NCBI GenBank assembly: GCA_028344575.1
Contig: JAOMBO010000005.1
Span: forward strand, 780 to 64,779
Length of the DNA: 64,000 nt
Source: Candidatus Nitrosopelagicus sp.
GTDB lineage: Archaea > Thermoproteota > Nitrososphaeria > Nitrososphaerales > Nitrosopumilaceae
Direction of reading: 5' to 3'
The position numbers were made by a program, and so were the translations under genes. The notes beneath the pieces were generated by a model. It ran no database searches. It had not been told where the DNA came from and was given only the letters and a program-made list of their open reading frames with translations. Shown here in pieces: positions 37,700 to 47,994 of this stretch. Within the stretch, counting starts at the first letter, position 1, and each line of letters starts with the position of its first letter.

Positions 37700-38788
37700 A
37701 TGCCTGAAATTTGGTTGAACTATGGAAAAAATGAAGTCGTTCTAGATATTATGGCTGAAAACCTAGATGAACAAATCAAGTTTGAACAACCGGTAATAGA
37801 TGATTCAGAGATTAATGAAAATTTAGAAGCATTAGACCTGTCAAAACCAACTGAAATTGTAATTCAAAATTACAGTATAACAATACAAAAAATTCTTGGA
37901 AAACTTTATGAAAAATGTGAAATCAAATCCTTATCAAAACCAAAACTGTTAGTTGACAAAAGAAATCTTCCTCTAATCAAAGCAAATAATCCTGATACAG
38001 TAAGTATCAACGAGTTTGAAGAACAGGAATTATCAAATTCAAATCTAGTATTTCTTGGTGAAATACAGTTTGATGGTCTGTTTGGATATGAAACTGTTGC
38101 AACCAGATTACTACGTAAGTTTGGTGCAGACAAAATGCTAGAAGCATTTTCACATCGTTCAGGAAATTTACCAACACCTGGTACAGACTCTCCATCACTT
38201 GGTGATGCAAAAAAGTTTACAGATGGATTTGAGGTTTCATGTATAGAGATTACAGGAAACAAAAAGGGAATTTCAGGTCTACAGGTTGGACATCCATCTA
38301 AAACATCATCTATATCTCAAACACTTCAAAAATCTACTGCAACCTTTGAAGAAAAGTTCCGTACAATGATAATTAGTACCGGAAGGGATGCAAGTAATCA
38401 AACATTATCTTCTTCATTAAATTCTGTATGGAACTTTCACACATCTATTAAAAATCAAGGATTAATCATACTGGTAGCTGAATGTATGGCTGGATTGGGT
38501 TCAGAAACATTTCAAAAACTAATTGATGGTCGTATCACACCTGAAAAGATCAAAAATGCATCAAAGTATGAAGATGGAATGGAAAATCTACTATTCTTAT
38601 CAGAAATTCAGAAAAATGCTCAAATTGCAATTACATCAATCTTGCCTGAACTGTACATCAAAAAACTTGGAATGATTCCTGTTGATGGAATTAAAAAATC
38701 GATGGACTATATTTTGAAAAATCAAGGTCCAAGACAAAAAGTACAGGTCATTGAAGATGGTGCACGTACTTTACTACGGGAAAATTGA
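37700..38788 (+). CDS. Hypothetical protein, divergent lactate racemase (LarA/DUF2088)-like
   Basis: MPEIWLNYG start, GLIILVAECMAGLGS and VQVIEDGA end resemble LarA-family scaffolds; catalytic residues not recognisable. Confidence 0.55.
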   Translation: MPEIWLNYGKNEVVLDIMAENLDEQIKFEQPVIDDSEINENLEALDLSKPTEIVIQNYSITIQKILGKLYEKCEIKSLSKPKLLVDKRNLPLIKANNPDTVSINEFEEQELSNSNLVFLGEIQFDGLFGYETVATRLLRKFGADKMLEAFSHRSGNLPTPGTDSPSLGDAKKFTDGFEVSCIEITGNKKGISGLQVGHPSKTSSISQTLQKSTATFEEKFRTMIISTGRDASNQTLSSSLNSVWNFHTSIKNQGLIILVAECMAGLGSETFQKLIDGRITPEKIKNASKYEDGMENLLFLSEIQKNAQIAITSILPELYIKKLGMIPVDGIKKSMDYILKNQGPRQKVQVIEDGARTLLREN

Positions 38789-39871
38789 TTGCGGCAGTGG
38801 TGCACACAAAACCGCTAAAACAATAACTCCGATGTAAACAATTTTTCTGTTCTTTGATAGTGGTGATATGTCATCTAATGGTCTAGCGTCCTTACTTCTT
38901 GAACTTAGAATTAAGATGAAAATTGCCATCATCCAATAATTCAGTAATACCAAAACGCCCAAACTTCCGTATGTTGCAAACTTGTGCCATTTTTGTCCCA
39001 AAATGACTCTTGACATGTGACCACCATCTAACTGCCATGCTGGCAATAAATTCAAAAACGTAATTAAAAATCCAAGCCATGCTGCAAACATAATTGGAGA
39101 CATTATTACCTCTACTTCTTCTCCATCCTTGTCAAACAGTGCAAGCGCACCTTTCATAATCAAATTTTCATTCATAGGGAATAATGTTGAACCCATCATT
39201 AGATCTTCTGCAATTTGACTGTCAATTACAGGTGATGTCCATGCACCAAAAATCACTACAACTACTGCAACCACTAATCCTGCAATTGGACCAGCTACTG
39301 CAATATCAAATAAAATATCTCTGTTTACCGTAAGACTTCTTGATTGAATGAATGCACCAAATGTTGGTATTCCTACAATTGGTATGCCTGGAATAAAGTA
39401 TGGCCATGTTGTCTTTATTTTATGCCACTTTGCAGCAAACAAATGTCCCGCTTCATGAACTCCTAAGATACCTAACAATGCCCACGCGTATACTACTGCA
39501 ACTCCAAGTGGATCACCAATTGGTTTGATGAGTGGAAATGAGTTAAGCATTGCAGTTCTGTAAAATCCATCAATTAACACCATCGCAACAGTTGCAGCAA
39601 ACATGATTCTTGGTGTCCAAGATTTTGATAACCACCTTCTCTTTTTTGTTTTAGGTAATTTTGACACAACTACCATGTATCGGTACCCCTCTTTTTCAAG
39701 CGTACATAGTAAATTGTTAGTCTCTAACTCTTGTGTCAAGCGAACAAACTTTTCTTTGAAATCTTGGTCCTCAAAATAAAATTGCATCTTTACTAGACCT
39801 ATTTCCATATCTGAAACATCAAAATGATTCTCTACAACTTTTTTAATAAATTCCTGTGTAGGCTCTATCAT
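38774..39871 (-). CDS. Site-2 protease (peptidase M50)
   Basis: HEAGH zinc motif, IAVAGP, NLLPAWQLDGGH. Confidence 0.92.
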   Translation of the reverse strand: MIEPTQEFIKKVVENHFDVSDMEIGLVKMQFYFEDQDFKEKFVRLTQELETNNLLCTLEKEGYRYMVVVSKLPKTKKRRWLSKSWTPRIMFAATVAMVLIDGFYRTAMLNSFPLIKPIGDPLGVAVVYAWALLGILGVHEAGHLFAAKWHKIKTTWPYFIPGIPIVGIPTFGAFIQSRSLTVNRDILFDIAVAGPIAGLVVAVVVVIFGAWTSPVIDSQIAEDLMMGSTLFPMNENLIMKGALALFDKDGEEVEVIMSPIMFAAWLGFLITFLNLLPAWQLDGGHMSRVILGQKWHKFATYGSLGVLVLLNYWMMAIFILILSSRSKDARPLDDISPLSKNRKIVYIGVIVLAVLCAPLPQSIFP

Positions 39872-39944
39872 AAAGATCGTGTATTATCTGAACATAATTG
39901 TTTTTCCAGTATCGAATTAAATATGATAAATTTTGTGTATTACT

Positions 39945-40442
39945 ATGCAGGTAATCCTACGTGAGCATAATGGAGCCATATTCAGACGTTGTGAGCCTAG
40001 TGATCTTATCGGTGTAATGGAAATTAATATGAAAACATTACCTGAACATTATTCTGATTATTTCTATGAAAGCCTCTTAGCAGAAGCACCTGAAGCGTTT
40101 CTGATTGCTGAAAAAAGCGGTCAACATGTTGGATATATTATGTGTAAGACTGAATTTGGATTTTCTAACTTTAAAAAACTTGGATTTGTAAAAAAAGGTC
40201 ACGTTGTATCTGTTGCAGTATTAGAAGAACAACGTGGAAATGGATACGGAAAAGTTCTCGTCAATGAAGCATTCAAGGGAGTCAAAGAAAAACAATGTGA
40301 TGAAATGTATCTTGAAGTTCGTTGTAGCAATACAGAGGCTGTAAAATTATATCAGGATTTGGGTATGGATATCAAACAAAGACTCAAAACGTATTATCGT
40401 GATGGTGAAGATGCCTATATGATGGCTATTGAGTTCAATTAA
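39945..40442 (+). CDS. N-terminal acetyltransferase (Ard1/RimI-like GNAT)
   Basis: LPEHY, GHVVSVAV, RGNGYG, LEVRCSN, YYRDGEDAY. Confidence 0.9.
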   Translation: MQVILREHNGAIFRRCEPSDLIGVMEINMKTLPEHYSDYFYESLLAEAPEAFLIAEKSGQHVGYIMCKTEFGFSNFKKLGFVKKGHVVSVAVLEEQRGNGYGKVLVNEAFKGVKEKQCDEMYLEVRCSNTEAVKLYQDLGMDIKQRLKTYYRDGEDAYMMAIEFN

Positions 40443-40466
40443 ATTACAGTTTTTGATCGAATCGAC

Positions 40467-40685
40467 ATGTCACGACGAAAATCAATGGGTGTTTTCATCT
40501 TTGTATCTTGTATAGCTGCATTTTTTGTATATGCATATCTTTTGATGCTTTCTGAATGGAGCCCAATTGTTTTACAATTGACAATTTTGATGGTTGTAGG
40601 TGGTGTTTTAGGAATCGTTTCCTGGATTGGTTATCAAATGGCTACAACATCTGCAAAACCTTCTTCATTAATTGAAGATGATTAA
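40467..40685 (+). CDS. Small membrane protein (2 TM)
   Basis: Two hydrophobic segments, WIGYQMATT tail; fills the gap exactly. Confidence 0.7.
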   Translation: MSRRKSMGVFIFVSCIAAFFVYAYLLMLSEWSPIVLQLTILMVVGGVLGIVSWIGYQMATTSAKPSSLIEDD

Positions 40686-41521
40686 TTTTTAGAAATTTTT
40701 ACATCTACTACGGTTTGATAAAATCTTGGTCCTACTGGTCTAACATTTCGTGAAGTTATTATCTCTGCATTTGTTTTGTTTACGCTCATGAAATGTACTT
40801 CAGATAATTTTCCTGCATCTTGTTTTTTATCAGCATGCATATGAGAGTAATAATGAATTATTCCTTTATCTTTTAGTCCATTCAATGCAGAATCTAAAAA
40901 CTCATCAGAACGTTCAGGTAACAACATTAAAACTCTATCCGCTTTTCCAACTAATTGCTCATTGATTACTTCTGTTGCATCTCCATTTAATGAAATCACT
41001 TCTCCCTTAAGCTTGTTAATTTGAACATTTTCTTTACACAACTGTGTTGCAATCGGATTTAGATCAATGTTGTATACTGTACATGGAGTATTTTTTGCAG
41101 CAAGTAATGAAAACATTCCTACGCCCCCAAACATATTGATTATCACTTCTCCATCTTTTACTAGTCCTGCAATTCGTTCTCTTTCTGTTGATAGTCGCGG
41201 TGAAAAGAATGCTTTTTCAACATCTACTATGAATCTACATCCATTCTCTTTGTATTCTGTTTGGGTTTTATCTTCTCCTGCAATTACTTCCAATTTTCTA
41301 GTTCTAAAATCACCTTCTACCGGTGATGATTGATAAAAAACAGAATTTGCTGTACTAACTTGTTCTAATAGTGTTTTTCCAATGATCTGTTTTTTTGAAA
41401 CTAATGAATCTGGAATTCTCACTATTATGATATCTCCAATTTGATCAAATGCAGAAATCAATTGTTCGTTTTCTTCTTGGGAGAGAACATCTTGTAATAC
41501 TCTTTTTAGCATCTTGGTCAT
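40682..41521 (-). CDS. Trm5/Taw2-family SAM-dependent tRNA-37 modification enzyme
   Basis: FDQIGDI, YKENGCRF.VDV..AFFSPRLSTER, MFGGVGMF SAM motif. Confidence 0.85.
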   Translation of the reverse strand: MTKMLKRVLQDVLSQEENEQLISAFDQIGDIIIVRIPDSLVSKKQIIGKTLLEQVSTANSVFYQSSPVEGDFRTRKLEVIAGEDKTQTEYKENGCRFIVDVEKAFFSPRLSTERERIAGLVKDGEVIINMFGGVGMFSLLAAKNTPCTVYNIDLNPIATQLCKENVQINKLKGEVISLNGDATEVINEQLVGKADRVLMLLPERSDEFLDSALNGLKDKGIIHYYSHMHADKKQDAGKLSEVHFMSVNKTNAEIITSRNVRPVGPRFYQTVVDVKISKN

Positions 41522-43302
41522 TTTCTAAAATAATAATTGCCTGTTGATTTTTGTTCTTTATCTAATCTACTTGCTTCTTTATTGACACGATGTCTGCTTG
41601 TTTTTTCGTCTCTTCTAAATGAAATGTCAAGTGATTCTAGGAATCTATTCATGGCATCTTTTTTTGGCATTGGAGATGTAGCAACTCCTGCTACACTTGA
41701 TGTTCCTTCAAAAATTACCATAGAATCTGAGACCAAGTCCATTAGTTGCAGGTCATGGTCTATGATTATTGCAGACTTTCCAAATGAACGAACGAATTTC
41801 TGTAAAAATTTGGCAACTGCGATTCTGTCTTCTACATCTAAAAATGCTGATGGTTCATCTAGCGCATACAAATCTGCTTTTTGTAATAGGCAGGATGCGA
41901 TTGCGACCTTTTGAAGTTCTCCTCCTGACAAATTCCTCACTGATTTGTTATACAACTTTTTTAATTTTAGTGGGTCCAAAATCTGTTCTTCTTCTGCACT
42001 TCCTTCAATTGTGGAACCATTTGATTTTTCTAAAACTGCAATTACTTCAATATCAATATCGTTTGAAAGATATTGTGGTTTGTATGAGATGTTGATCTTT
42101 TTATCTACTGAACCTTCACTTGGTTTTTCAACTCCTGCAATCATCTTCATCATTGTTGTTTTCCCTAATGCGTTAGCACCCATTATTCCAAGTAACTCTC
42201 CTTTCCTTACAATACCTGGTTCAATTGTAACTGAAAATGAATCATATTTTTTTTCTAATTTTGGATATGAAACTATTGTATCACTTTCTAGTATTTCATC
42301 TCCTGATGTTGATGCATCAAAAGTGAATTTTTTATCTCTAAATCTAACATTTTCTGCTGGTAAGTAACCATCAAGAAATACATTAATTCCAACTTTGGTT
42401 GATAGTACAGTTGAAACAATCCCATATGCTGCAGGTACACCATACAATACCTCAATGTAGTCACTAAGATAGTCGAGTAATGTTAGATCGTGTTCCACCA
42501 CCATTACGCTTTTTCCTTCTTCAGCAAGTTTGTGAATTACTCTTGCGACGCCTGTTCTTTGAAATACATCATTGTAAGATGATGGTTCATCAAAAAAGTA
42601 AAAGTCTGAATCTCTTGATGCTGCAGTTGCAACAGATAATCTTTGTAGCTCTCCTCCACTAAGTTCTTTGAGACTTTGTTCTAAAGAATTTTCTAATCCT
42701 AATTGTCTAACTAGTTCTCGAGAAACTCCTCTTTGATCAAATTTGTCTAAAAGTTCTTTTCCTGTTCCATCAAATGCATCTGCAATGATATGTACTTGTT
42801 GTGGTTTAATCGATGCTTTAATCTCGCCATTTTTTATTTTTTCAAAATGAGCTTTTAATTCGGTACCCTTGTAATATTTTAAAATGTCATCCCATTCTGG
42901 TGGCTCTTCATAATTTCCAAGATTTGGTTTTAGTACTCCTGAAAGAATATTGACCACAGTACTTTTTCCCATTCCGTTTCTTCCCAATAATCCTACAACT
43001 TCACCTTTCTTCGGAGTTGGAAGTTTGTATAGTCTAAAAGAGTTCATTCCGTACTGATGAATTTTATCTGTCTTCAACTCACTAGCCAAATTCACTATTG
43101 TAATTGCATCAAATGGACAAACTTTAACACAAATTCCACAACCATTACAAATATCCTCATCTATTCTTGCTTTATTCGTCTCTTCATTGAGAACAATACA
43201 ATCTGCTCCTGATTTATTCACTGGACAATATTTGATACATTCTAAGCCACATTTTTTGGGCTGGCATAATTCATTGTCTAATACAGCAACACGATGTGTC
43301 AT
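41518..43302 (-). CDS. rli: Ribosome recycling ATPase ABCE1/RLI
   Basis: N-terminal CQPKKC..EC..YCP and CNGCGICVKVCP Fe-S domain; two ABC cassettes (GRNGMGKS, GANALGKT, LSGGELQ). Confidence 0.96.
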   Translation of the reverse strand: MTHRVAVLDNELCQPKKCGLECIKYCPVNKSGADCIVLNEETNKARIDEDICNGCGICVKVCPFDAITIVNLASELKTDKIHQYGMNSFRLYKLPTPKKGEVVGLLGRNGMGKSTVVNILSGVLKPNLGNYEEPPEWDDILKYYKGTELKAHFEKIKNGEIKASIKPQQVHIIADAFDGTGKELLDKFDQRGVSRELVRQLGLENSLEQSLKELSGGELQRLSVATAASRDSDFYFFDEPSSYNDVFQRTGVARVIHKLAEEGKSVMVVEHDLTLLDYLSDYIEVLYGVPAAYGIVSTVLSTKVGINVFLDGYLPAENVRFRDKKFTFDASTSGDEILESDTIVSYPKLEKKYDSFSVTIEPGIVRKGELLGIMGANALGKTTMMKMIAGVEKPSEGSVDKKINISYKPQYLSNDIDIEVIAVLEKSNGSTIEGSAEEEQILDPLKLKKLYNKSVRNLSGGELQKVAIASCLLQKADLYALDEPSAFLDVEDRIAVAKFLQKFVRSFGKSAIIIDHDLQLMDLVSDSMVIFEGTSSVAGVATSPMPKKDAMNRFLESLDISFRRDEKTSRHRVNKEASRLDKEQKSTGNYYFRK

Positions 43303-43413
43303 AACGTTATTCGCTGTCGGTTTAATTTATACTTCTATGAATAATCTATCTTCAAAAAATCTGCTCATGATTTTTTAGTTAGCTTATTATGAAAGATAAT
43401 TTGCTAGAATGTT

Positions 43414-43531
43414 AAGCCGGCCATAGCGTTTGGGTGCGACCCAATCCCGTTCCGAACTTGGAAGTCAAACCAAATGTCGCTGCTGTGTTACTGACATGCG
43501 AGAGCCGTTGGGAAGCAACAGTGCTGGCATC
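43414..43531 (+). rRNA. rrf: 5S rRNA (stand-alone)
   Basis: GGCCATAGC...CCCGTTCCGAAC..GGAAGTCAAAC...GCGAGAG...GGGAA; ~118 nt, GC-rich, followed by a T-run. Confidence 0.92.
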
Positions 43532-43577
43532 TTTTTAATTCAATTAACTATAAGTTACTGGCGTATTTTATCAAAAC

Positions 43578-43706
43578 ATGGCAAATTGTACTGTATGTGG
43601 TGAAAAATTTGATAGTGATATACGATTTTTGAATCATATGATGGAAAAACATGGCTTTAGAAATCCAAATGTGGATAAACCAGATCGTAATAGTCGTGGG
43701 TATTAA
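43578..43706 (+). CDS. Small C2H2-type zinc finger protein (42 aa)
   Basis: Manual translation MANCTVCGEKFDSDIRFLNHMMEKHGFRNPNVDKPDRNSRGY: C-x2-C-x3-F-x8-H-x4-H. Confidence 0.8.
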   Translation: MANCTVCGEKFDSDIRFLNHMMEKHGFRNPNVDKPDRNSRGY

Positions 43707-43755
43707 CAACAATAAATCTATAAGTCGCTAAAATTGAGTTGTTCGTACAAGCAAC

Positions 43756-44070
43756 ATGATAAAAAAACAACTAGAAAAGACACTCAAAGATGCAATCAAA
43801 GAAGATGCATACATTATTGGTACAAAACAAGTCTCTGGTAGTATTTCAAAATCCAAACTTGTGCTTCTATCAAAATCCGTACCAAGTCATATCAGTGAAA
43901 AAATAGAAAATGACGCAAAAAAATCAAATGTTTCAACAATTTCGTACGATGACACCTCTGTTAACCTTGGAAAACTCTGTGGATTACAATTTAGAGTTTC
44001 AGCCATTTCTCTAACCAACATCGCTGATGCCGATATCAAAACATTACAAAAAGAAACAGAATCCCAATGA
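43756..44070 (+). CDS. rpl30e: 50S ribosomal protein L30e
   Basis: IIGTKQ, LGKLCGLQFRVSAISL L7Ae/L30e fold; precedes nusA-rps12. Confidence 0.88.
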   Translation: MIKKQLEKTLKDAIKEDAYIIGTKQVSGSISKSKLVLLSKSVPSHISEKIENDAKKSNVSTISYDDTSVNLGKLCGLQFRVSAISLTNIADADIKTLQKETESQ

Positions 44071-44146
44071 TGTTGCTAAAAACTTATCCAAAATCAAAAA
44101 CCAATCAAGGTTTAAATGAGACTGAAAATTTTTTTGAATAATTAGA

Positions 44147-44635
44147 ATGACTATGACACAAGAAATCAAACCTATCTCACAAGAAATCAAATTAACTACT
44201 GATCAAATGAAGTTGATGTCACTATTCCAAAATATCACTAAAGCAACAGCGCGCGATTGCATTGAAGATGAAAAACGTGATAGAATAATTTTTGTTGTAA
44301 ATGAAGGTAAAATGGGTCTAGCAATTGGTAAAGGTGGTGCACACATAAAATCACTTCAAAATAAAATTGATAGAGCCGTTGAACTTGTAGAATACAATGA
44401 AGACCCAATCAAACTTTTAAAAAATATCTTAAATGAAAAATATATCACTGACATTAAAATTTCTGAAAGATTAGATGGTTCCTTCCAAGCTAATGTAGAA
44501 GTTGATGGTGCAAAAAAAGGGGTTGTAGTGGGACGAGAAGGTCGTAATGCTGAAAAGGCAAGAATCCTTTCTAGAAGATATTTCAACATTACATATGTAA
44601 TGATTAATAGCAAGGAACAAGCTTTCGAGTGGTAA
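44147..44635 (+). CDS. nusA: Archaeal NusA (KH domains)
   Basis: [21 protein letters not shown] GxxG loops. Confidence 0.92.
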   Translation: MTMTQEIKPISQEIKLTTDQMKLMSLFQNITKATARDCIEDEKRDRIIFVVNEGKMGLAIGKGGAHIKSLQNKIDRAVELVEYNEDPIKLLKNILNEKYITDIKISERLDGSFQANVEVDGAKKGVVVGREGRNAEKARILSRRYFNITYVMINSKEQAFEW

Positions 44636-44637
44636 TA

Positions 44638-45075
44638 ATGGCAAAATCACCTTTAGGACTATTTGCAGGCCGAGATCTTCGTAATAAGAAGAAACAACAG
44701 CGTTGGGCTATCTCAACTTACAAAAGAAGAGAATTAGGCTTAGATAGAAAATCAAATCCATTTGCAGGTGCTCCTCAAGCAAAAGGAATTGTTTTAGAAA
44801 AAGTTGGTGTTGAAGCAAAACAACCAAACTCTGCTGTAAGGAAATGTGTTAGAGTACAATTAATTAAAAATGGAAAATCAATTACCGCATTTCTTCCACG
44901 TGACGGTGCAATGAACTACATTGATGAACACGATGAAGTACACGTTGAAGGTATGGGTGCAACACAAGGTGGTGCAATGGGAGATATTCCAGGTGTAAGA
45001 TTCAAAGTTTTCAAAGTTAACAATACATCATTACGTCAATTAGTAGAAGGAAAGAAGGAAAAACCACGAAGATAG
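44638..45075 (+). CDS. rps12: 30S ribosomal protein S12 (uS12)
   Basis: [29 protein letters not shown]. Confidence 0.97.
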   Translation: MAKSPLGLFAGRDLRNKKKQQRWAISTYKRRELGLDRKSNPFAGAPQAKGIVLEKVGVEAKQPNSAVRKCVRVQLIKNGKSITAFLPRDGAMNYIDEHDEVHVEGMGATQGGAMGDIPGVRFKVFKVNNTSLRQLVEGKKEKPRR

Positions 45076-45079
45076 AGAT

Positions 45080-45703
45080 ATGGCTGAAAAAAAATTACTT
45101 TTATTTAGAAAGTGGGACACTTCTGAAATTGAGATTAAAGATCTAGGTTTACAAACACATGTATCTGGAGACAAAACTCTTTCATCAATTTCACTAAAAC
45201 CGTTAATTTATCCAATTGATTATGGTCGTTCAGCATTGAAGAGATTCAATAAAGGCGATGTACATATTGTAGAACGATTAGCAAACAAACTAATGCATTT
45301 TGGTAAAAAATATGCAAAAAATACCGGAAGACAAGGTGGTAAAAAGCAACATTCCTTAAAGATTATTGAAGTTGCATTTGATATCATTAATCTAAAAACT
45401 GGTCAAAACCCTGTAGAAGTATTAGTTCGTGCGGTTGAAAATTCTGCACCAAATGAAGATACAACCAGAATTGTTTACGGTGGAACTGTTTATCATGTTT
45501 CAGTTGATGTTGCTCCAATCCGTCGTGTTGACTTAGCATTAAGATTCATTGCAGATGCAATTAAGGAAGCAACATTCTCAAACCCAAAACCAATTGAAGA
45601 ATATATTGCAGAACATTTGATATTGGCTGCAAATAATGATCCTGCTGCTCCTTCTGTAAAAAAGAAGAATGAATTAGAAAGAGTTGCGCAAGCCTCAAGA
45701 TAA
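45080..45703 (+). CDS. rps7: 30S ribosomal protein S7 (uS7)
   Basis: IVERL, NPVEVLVRAVENSAP.ED, VDVAPIRRVD, ELERVAQASR. Confidence 0.96.
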   Translation: MAEKKLLLFRKWDTSEIEIKDLGLQTHVSGDKTLSSISLKPLIYPIDYGRSALKRFNKGDVHIVERLANKLMHFGKKYAKNTGRQGGKKQHSLKIIEVAFDIINLKTGQNPVEVLVRAVENSAPNEDTTRIVYGGTVYHVSVDVAPIRRVDLALRFIADAIKEATFSNPKPIEEYIAEHLILAANNDPAAPSVKKKNELERVAQASR

Positions 45704-45766
45704 TAGACTAGATTTTCTTAATTTTAAGTTCTAAGGTAGATAATATTTTGTAAAATTAATTTACAG

Positions 45767-45838
45767 TAGCCCGGCCCGGACTCGAACCGAGGTCAAAGGC
45801 TCCAGGGGCCCCTATGCTTGCCGCTACACTACCGGGCT
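45767..45838 (-). tRNA. tRNA-Gln(CTG)
   Basis: Reverse complement AGCCCGG...CCGGGCTA (A1:U72, archaeal Gln); arm GGGGC-CCCTGGA-GCCTT. Confidence 0.9.
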
Positions 45839-45884
45839 ACATGGAAAATTACATAATGTTTGAATATATTCATTATTGTAGAAA

Positions 45885-46205
45885 TTATCTGATCTTAATC
45901 TCATGTAAAGCGGTTCCATAATCAACTTCTGCTTTTAATCTCATGTATGGAATTAATCTGTAATGAATAAAGTATGATTGGTTTTCTTTGTAAAGTAATC
46001 CTCTTTGAATCAATGATGCTAATCCTCTTGATAATGCATTTACCGACATTCCATATTTTACACATATTTCATCACGTTTTTTCTGATATTGTACTAAAGT
46101 AAATTCAGCATTGTTAATTTGTATGATGAGCGGCCATACAATTTCTTTCCAGACGAATCTTCTGTTCTCAGTCGCTGATGCATATTTGCCTTTTTCACTC
46201 AACAT
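45885..46205 (-). CDS. Hypothetical protein, winged-helix-like
   Basis: Start at ATG 46205 (MLSEKGKY); LSRGLASLIQRGLL helix pattern. Confidence 0.65.
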   Translation of the reverse strand: MLSEKGKYASATENRRFVWKEIVWPLIIQINNAEFTLVQYQKKRDEICVKYGMSVNALSRGLASLIQRGLLYKENQSYFIHYRLIPYMRLKAEVDYGTALHEIKIR

Positions 46206-46237
46206 TATAATATCAAACTTTATGAATATAAGAAATA

Positions 46238-46942
46238 ATGTCTCAAAAAGAAATTCAAGAGTCTTTAGATTTGCTTGAAAAAGATTGGGATGTTGATCCA
46301 ATTCTACATGATTTTGTTCTAGGAAAATATACTGATGTTACAGATTTCTCATTGACTGTAAAAGATGTTATATTTCATATTCCATATTTACCAAAAGAAA
46401 AAAAATACATTTTATGGAAATGTTATTGGCCTGATTGTCATAACTGCTGTGATAGACAGGGACGTTTGCCTCTAACTTCTGATGACCTAATTCAAATTGG
46501 TCAAGGCTTGAAATACCAAAAAACATCAGAGTTTGTAAAAAATGAAACTCTTGTTGCAACCCATGATGAGCCTACTCCTTCTGGTGGATTATCTGTAATG
46601 ACAAATATCGGTCTAAAAAGAAAAATAGATGAAACTGAAGCTGATGATGGAACACATATCTCTTGTAGATTTTTAGATGGAGAAGGTGGATGTGGAATTC
46701 ATCCTACGCGCCCAGGTGTTTGTTACATGTATCCCTTTTCAACATGGGCACAAAATGAAAAAGGACGTGCACGTGTTCATGCAACATTCCAATTTACCGG
46801 CGATTGTCCTGGATTTTATCTTTCTGATTCACTTGATTCCATGAAAGAAGTCTTAGATGATTATTCTACAACAATTTATGATTATAATATGAAATCGAGC
46901 CGAACTTTAAAAGAAGGATTTGGTTCTCTAAGTATGTCTTAG
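46238..46942 (+). CDS. YkgJ-family cysteine cluster (Fe-S/Zn) protein
   Basis: C...CHNCC, CRFLD...CGIHPTRPGVCYMYPF, CPG. Confidence 0.85.
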   Translation: MSQKEIQESLDLLEKDWDVDPILHDFVLGKYTDVTDFSLTVKDVIFHIPYLPKEKKYILWKCYWPDCHNCCDRQGRLPLTSDDLIQIGQGLKYQKTSEFVKNETLVATHDEPTPSGGLSVMTNIGLKRKIDETEADDGTHISCRFLDGEGGCGIHPTRPGVCYMYPFSTWAQNEKGRARVHATFQFTGDCPGFYLSDSLDSMKEVLDDYSTTIYDYNMKSSRTLKEGFGSLSMS

Positions 46943-47952
46943 GCTTTTGCCACTTTCAATAAATCTGCAATTTTAATATGCATGCCAAATCTATCTTCGT
47001 TCTTTTTCATGTATCTGAATATTGCTATAAAATCTGGTAATGCTTTCAAGAAACTAAAGTCGTTATGAATTTTTGCTCTTACAAAATTAAACACTTTGGC
47101 ATAAACACTATAGTGCTTTTCAATTGCTTTTTCATATGCTTTGAAATCATTCATATTTTTTAAGAAAATTTCCACGCATTGCATAGATGGGATAATTCCT
47201 TCACCTAACAGTGCATACACTGTTCCAATTGATTCTCCAACACCCACAACTTTTCCAGAATAATATGGCTTGCACCTGTCTGGCGTTGCTAATCTGATTG
47301 GACGTCCTTTGGTCGCAACAACTTTTCCCCCATGTTTTTCAAGAAATTCATCTGTTGCTTTGATATGTTTTTTATTATAATCCCCTGCTCCAATATGTGC
47401 ATATTTTTCCCCTAATGGAAAATACCAGAAATATCCTGACATACCTGGGAATGGTTCTATGTAAAAATCGTCATATGGTACGCCATTTTCATATTCCACT
47501 TTATACTCATACGTCGGTAAATAGAAATCCTGTTCCATCTTTGGTAGGTAACTCCTGTTAAATCCAGTACAATCAACTATCATGTCATACTCGTTTTCAA
47601 TCTCCTCTAGTCTAGGAGACTTGCCATAAATTACATTACAATCTTTTATGAAATCTTTTATCAATCCAAGTTTATTATAAGTACAAAGTCCCTTCAAACC
47701 AATATCAAATTTTACATCATCATTCATTTTTACATGCATTTCTTTTCCATCATGAATTAAGAAATCATCAAAATTTCTACCGGTTTTTTTACAAAAATTA
47801 GTTAATTCTTCTTTTATTGTACCCCATGCACAAATAGAATCATGTCTTTCTAGAGGCATTCTCTCATATCCTGTAACTTCGTGTTCAGAATTTTTTAATC
47901 TAGCCATGAGATAACTTCCTGCAACACCCATTCCCATAACCGCAATTTTCAT
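46939..47952 (-). CDS. FAD-dependent oxidoreductase, geranylgeranyl reductase-like
   Basis: GMGVAG, CAWG, GYFWYFP, VGESIG..L.GEGI. Confidence 0.8.
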   Translation of the reverse strand: MKIAVMGMGVAGSYLMARLKNSEHEVTGYERMPLERHDSICAWGTIKEELTNFCKKTGRNFDDFLIHDGKEMHVKMNDDVKFDIGLKGLCTYNKLGLIKDFIKDCNVIYGKSPRLEEIENEYDMIVDCTGFNRSYLPKMEQDFYLPTYEYKVEYENGVPYDDFYIEPFPGMSGYFWYFPLGEKYAHIGAGDYNKKHIKATDEFLEKHGGKVVATKGRPIRLATPDRCKPYYSGKVVGVGESIGTVYALLGEGIIPSMQCVEIFLKNMNDFKAYEKAIEKHYSVYAKVFNFVRAKIHNDFSFLKALPDFIAIFRYMKKNEDRFGMHIKIADLLKVAKA

Positions 47953-47994
47953 TTAATCTGATTAGTGCTTAACCTAATAAATACAATTCCAGTT

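Noticed and set aside
32582-37700. tRNA-anchored integrative element carrying the surface-protein genes
   Set aside because: No integrase, no duplicated tRNA 3' end seen, and core pyrE lies between the tRNA and those genes.
43414-43531. 5S rRNA unlinked from 16S-23S as novelty
   Set aside because: Normal arrangement in Nitrososphaerota and Thermoproteota.
44066-44125. ATGATGT...CTGA as a second C/D sRNA
   Set aside because: No internal D'/C' boxes, A-rich interior, no terminal stem or recognisable rRNA complement; more likely the nusA promoter region.
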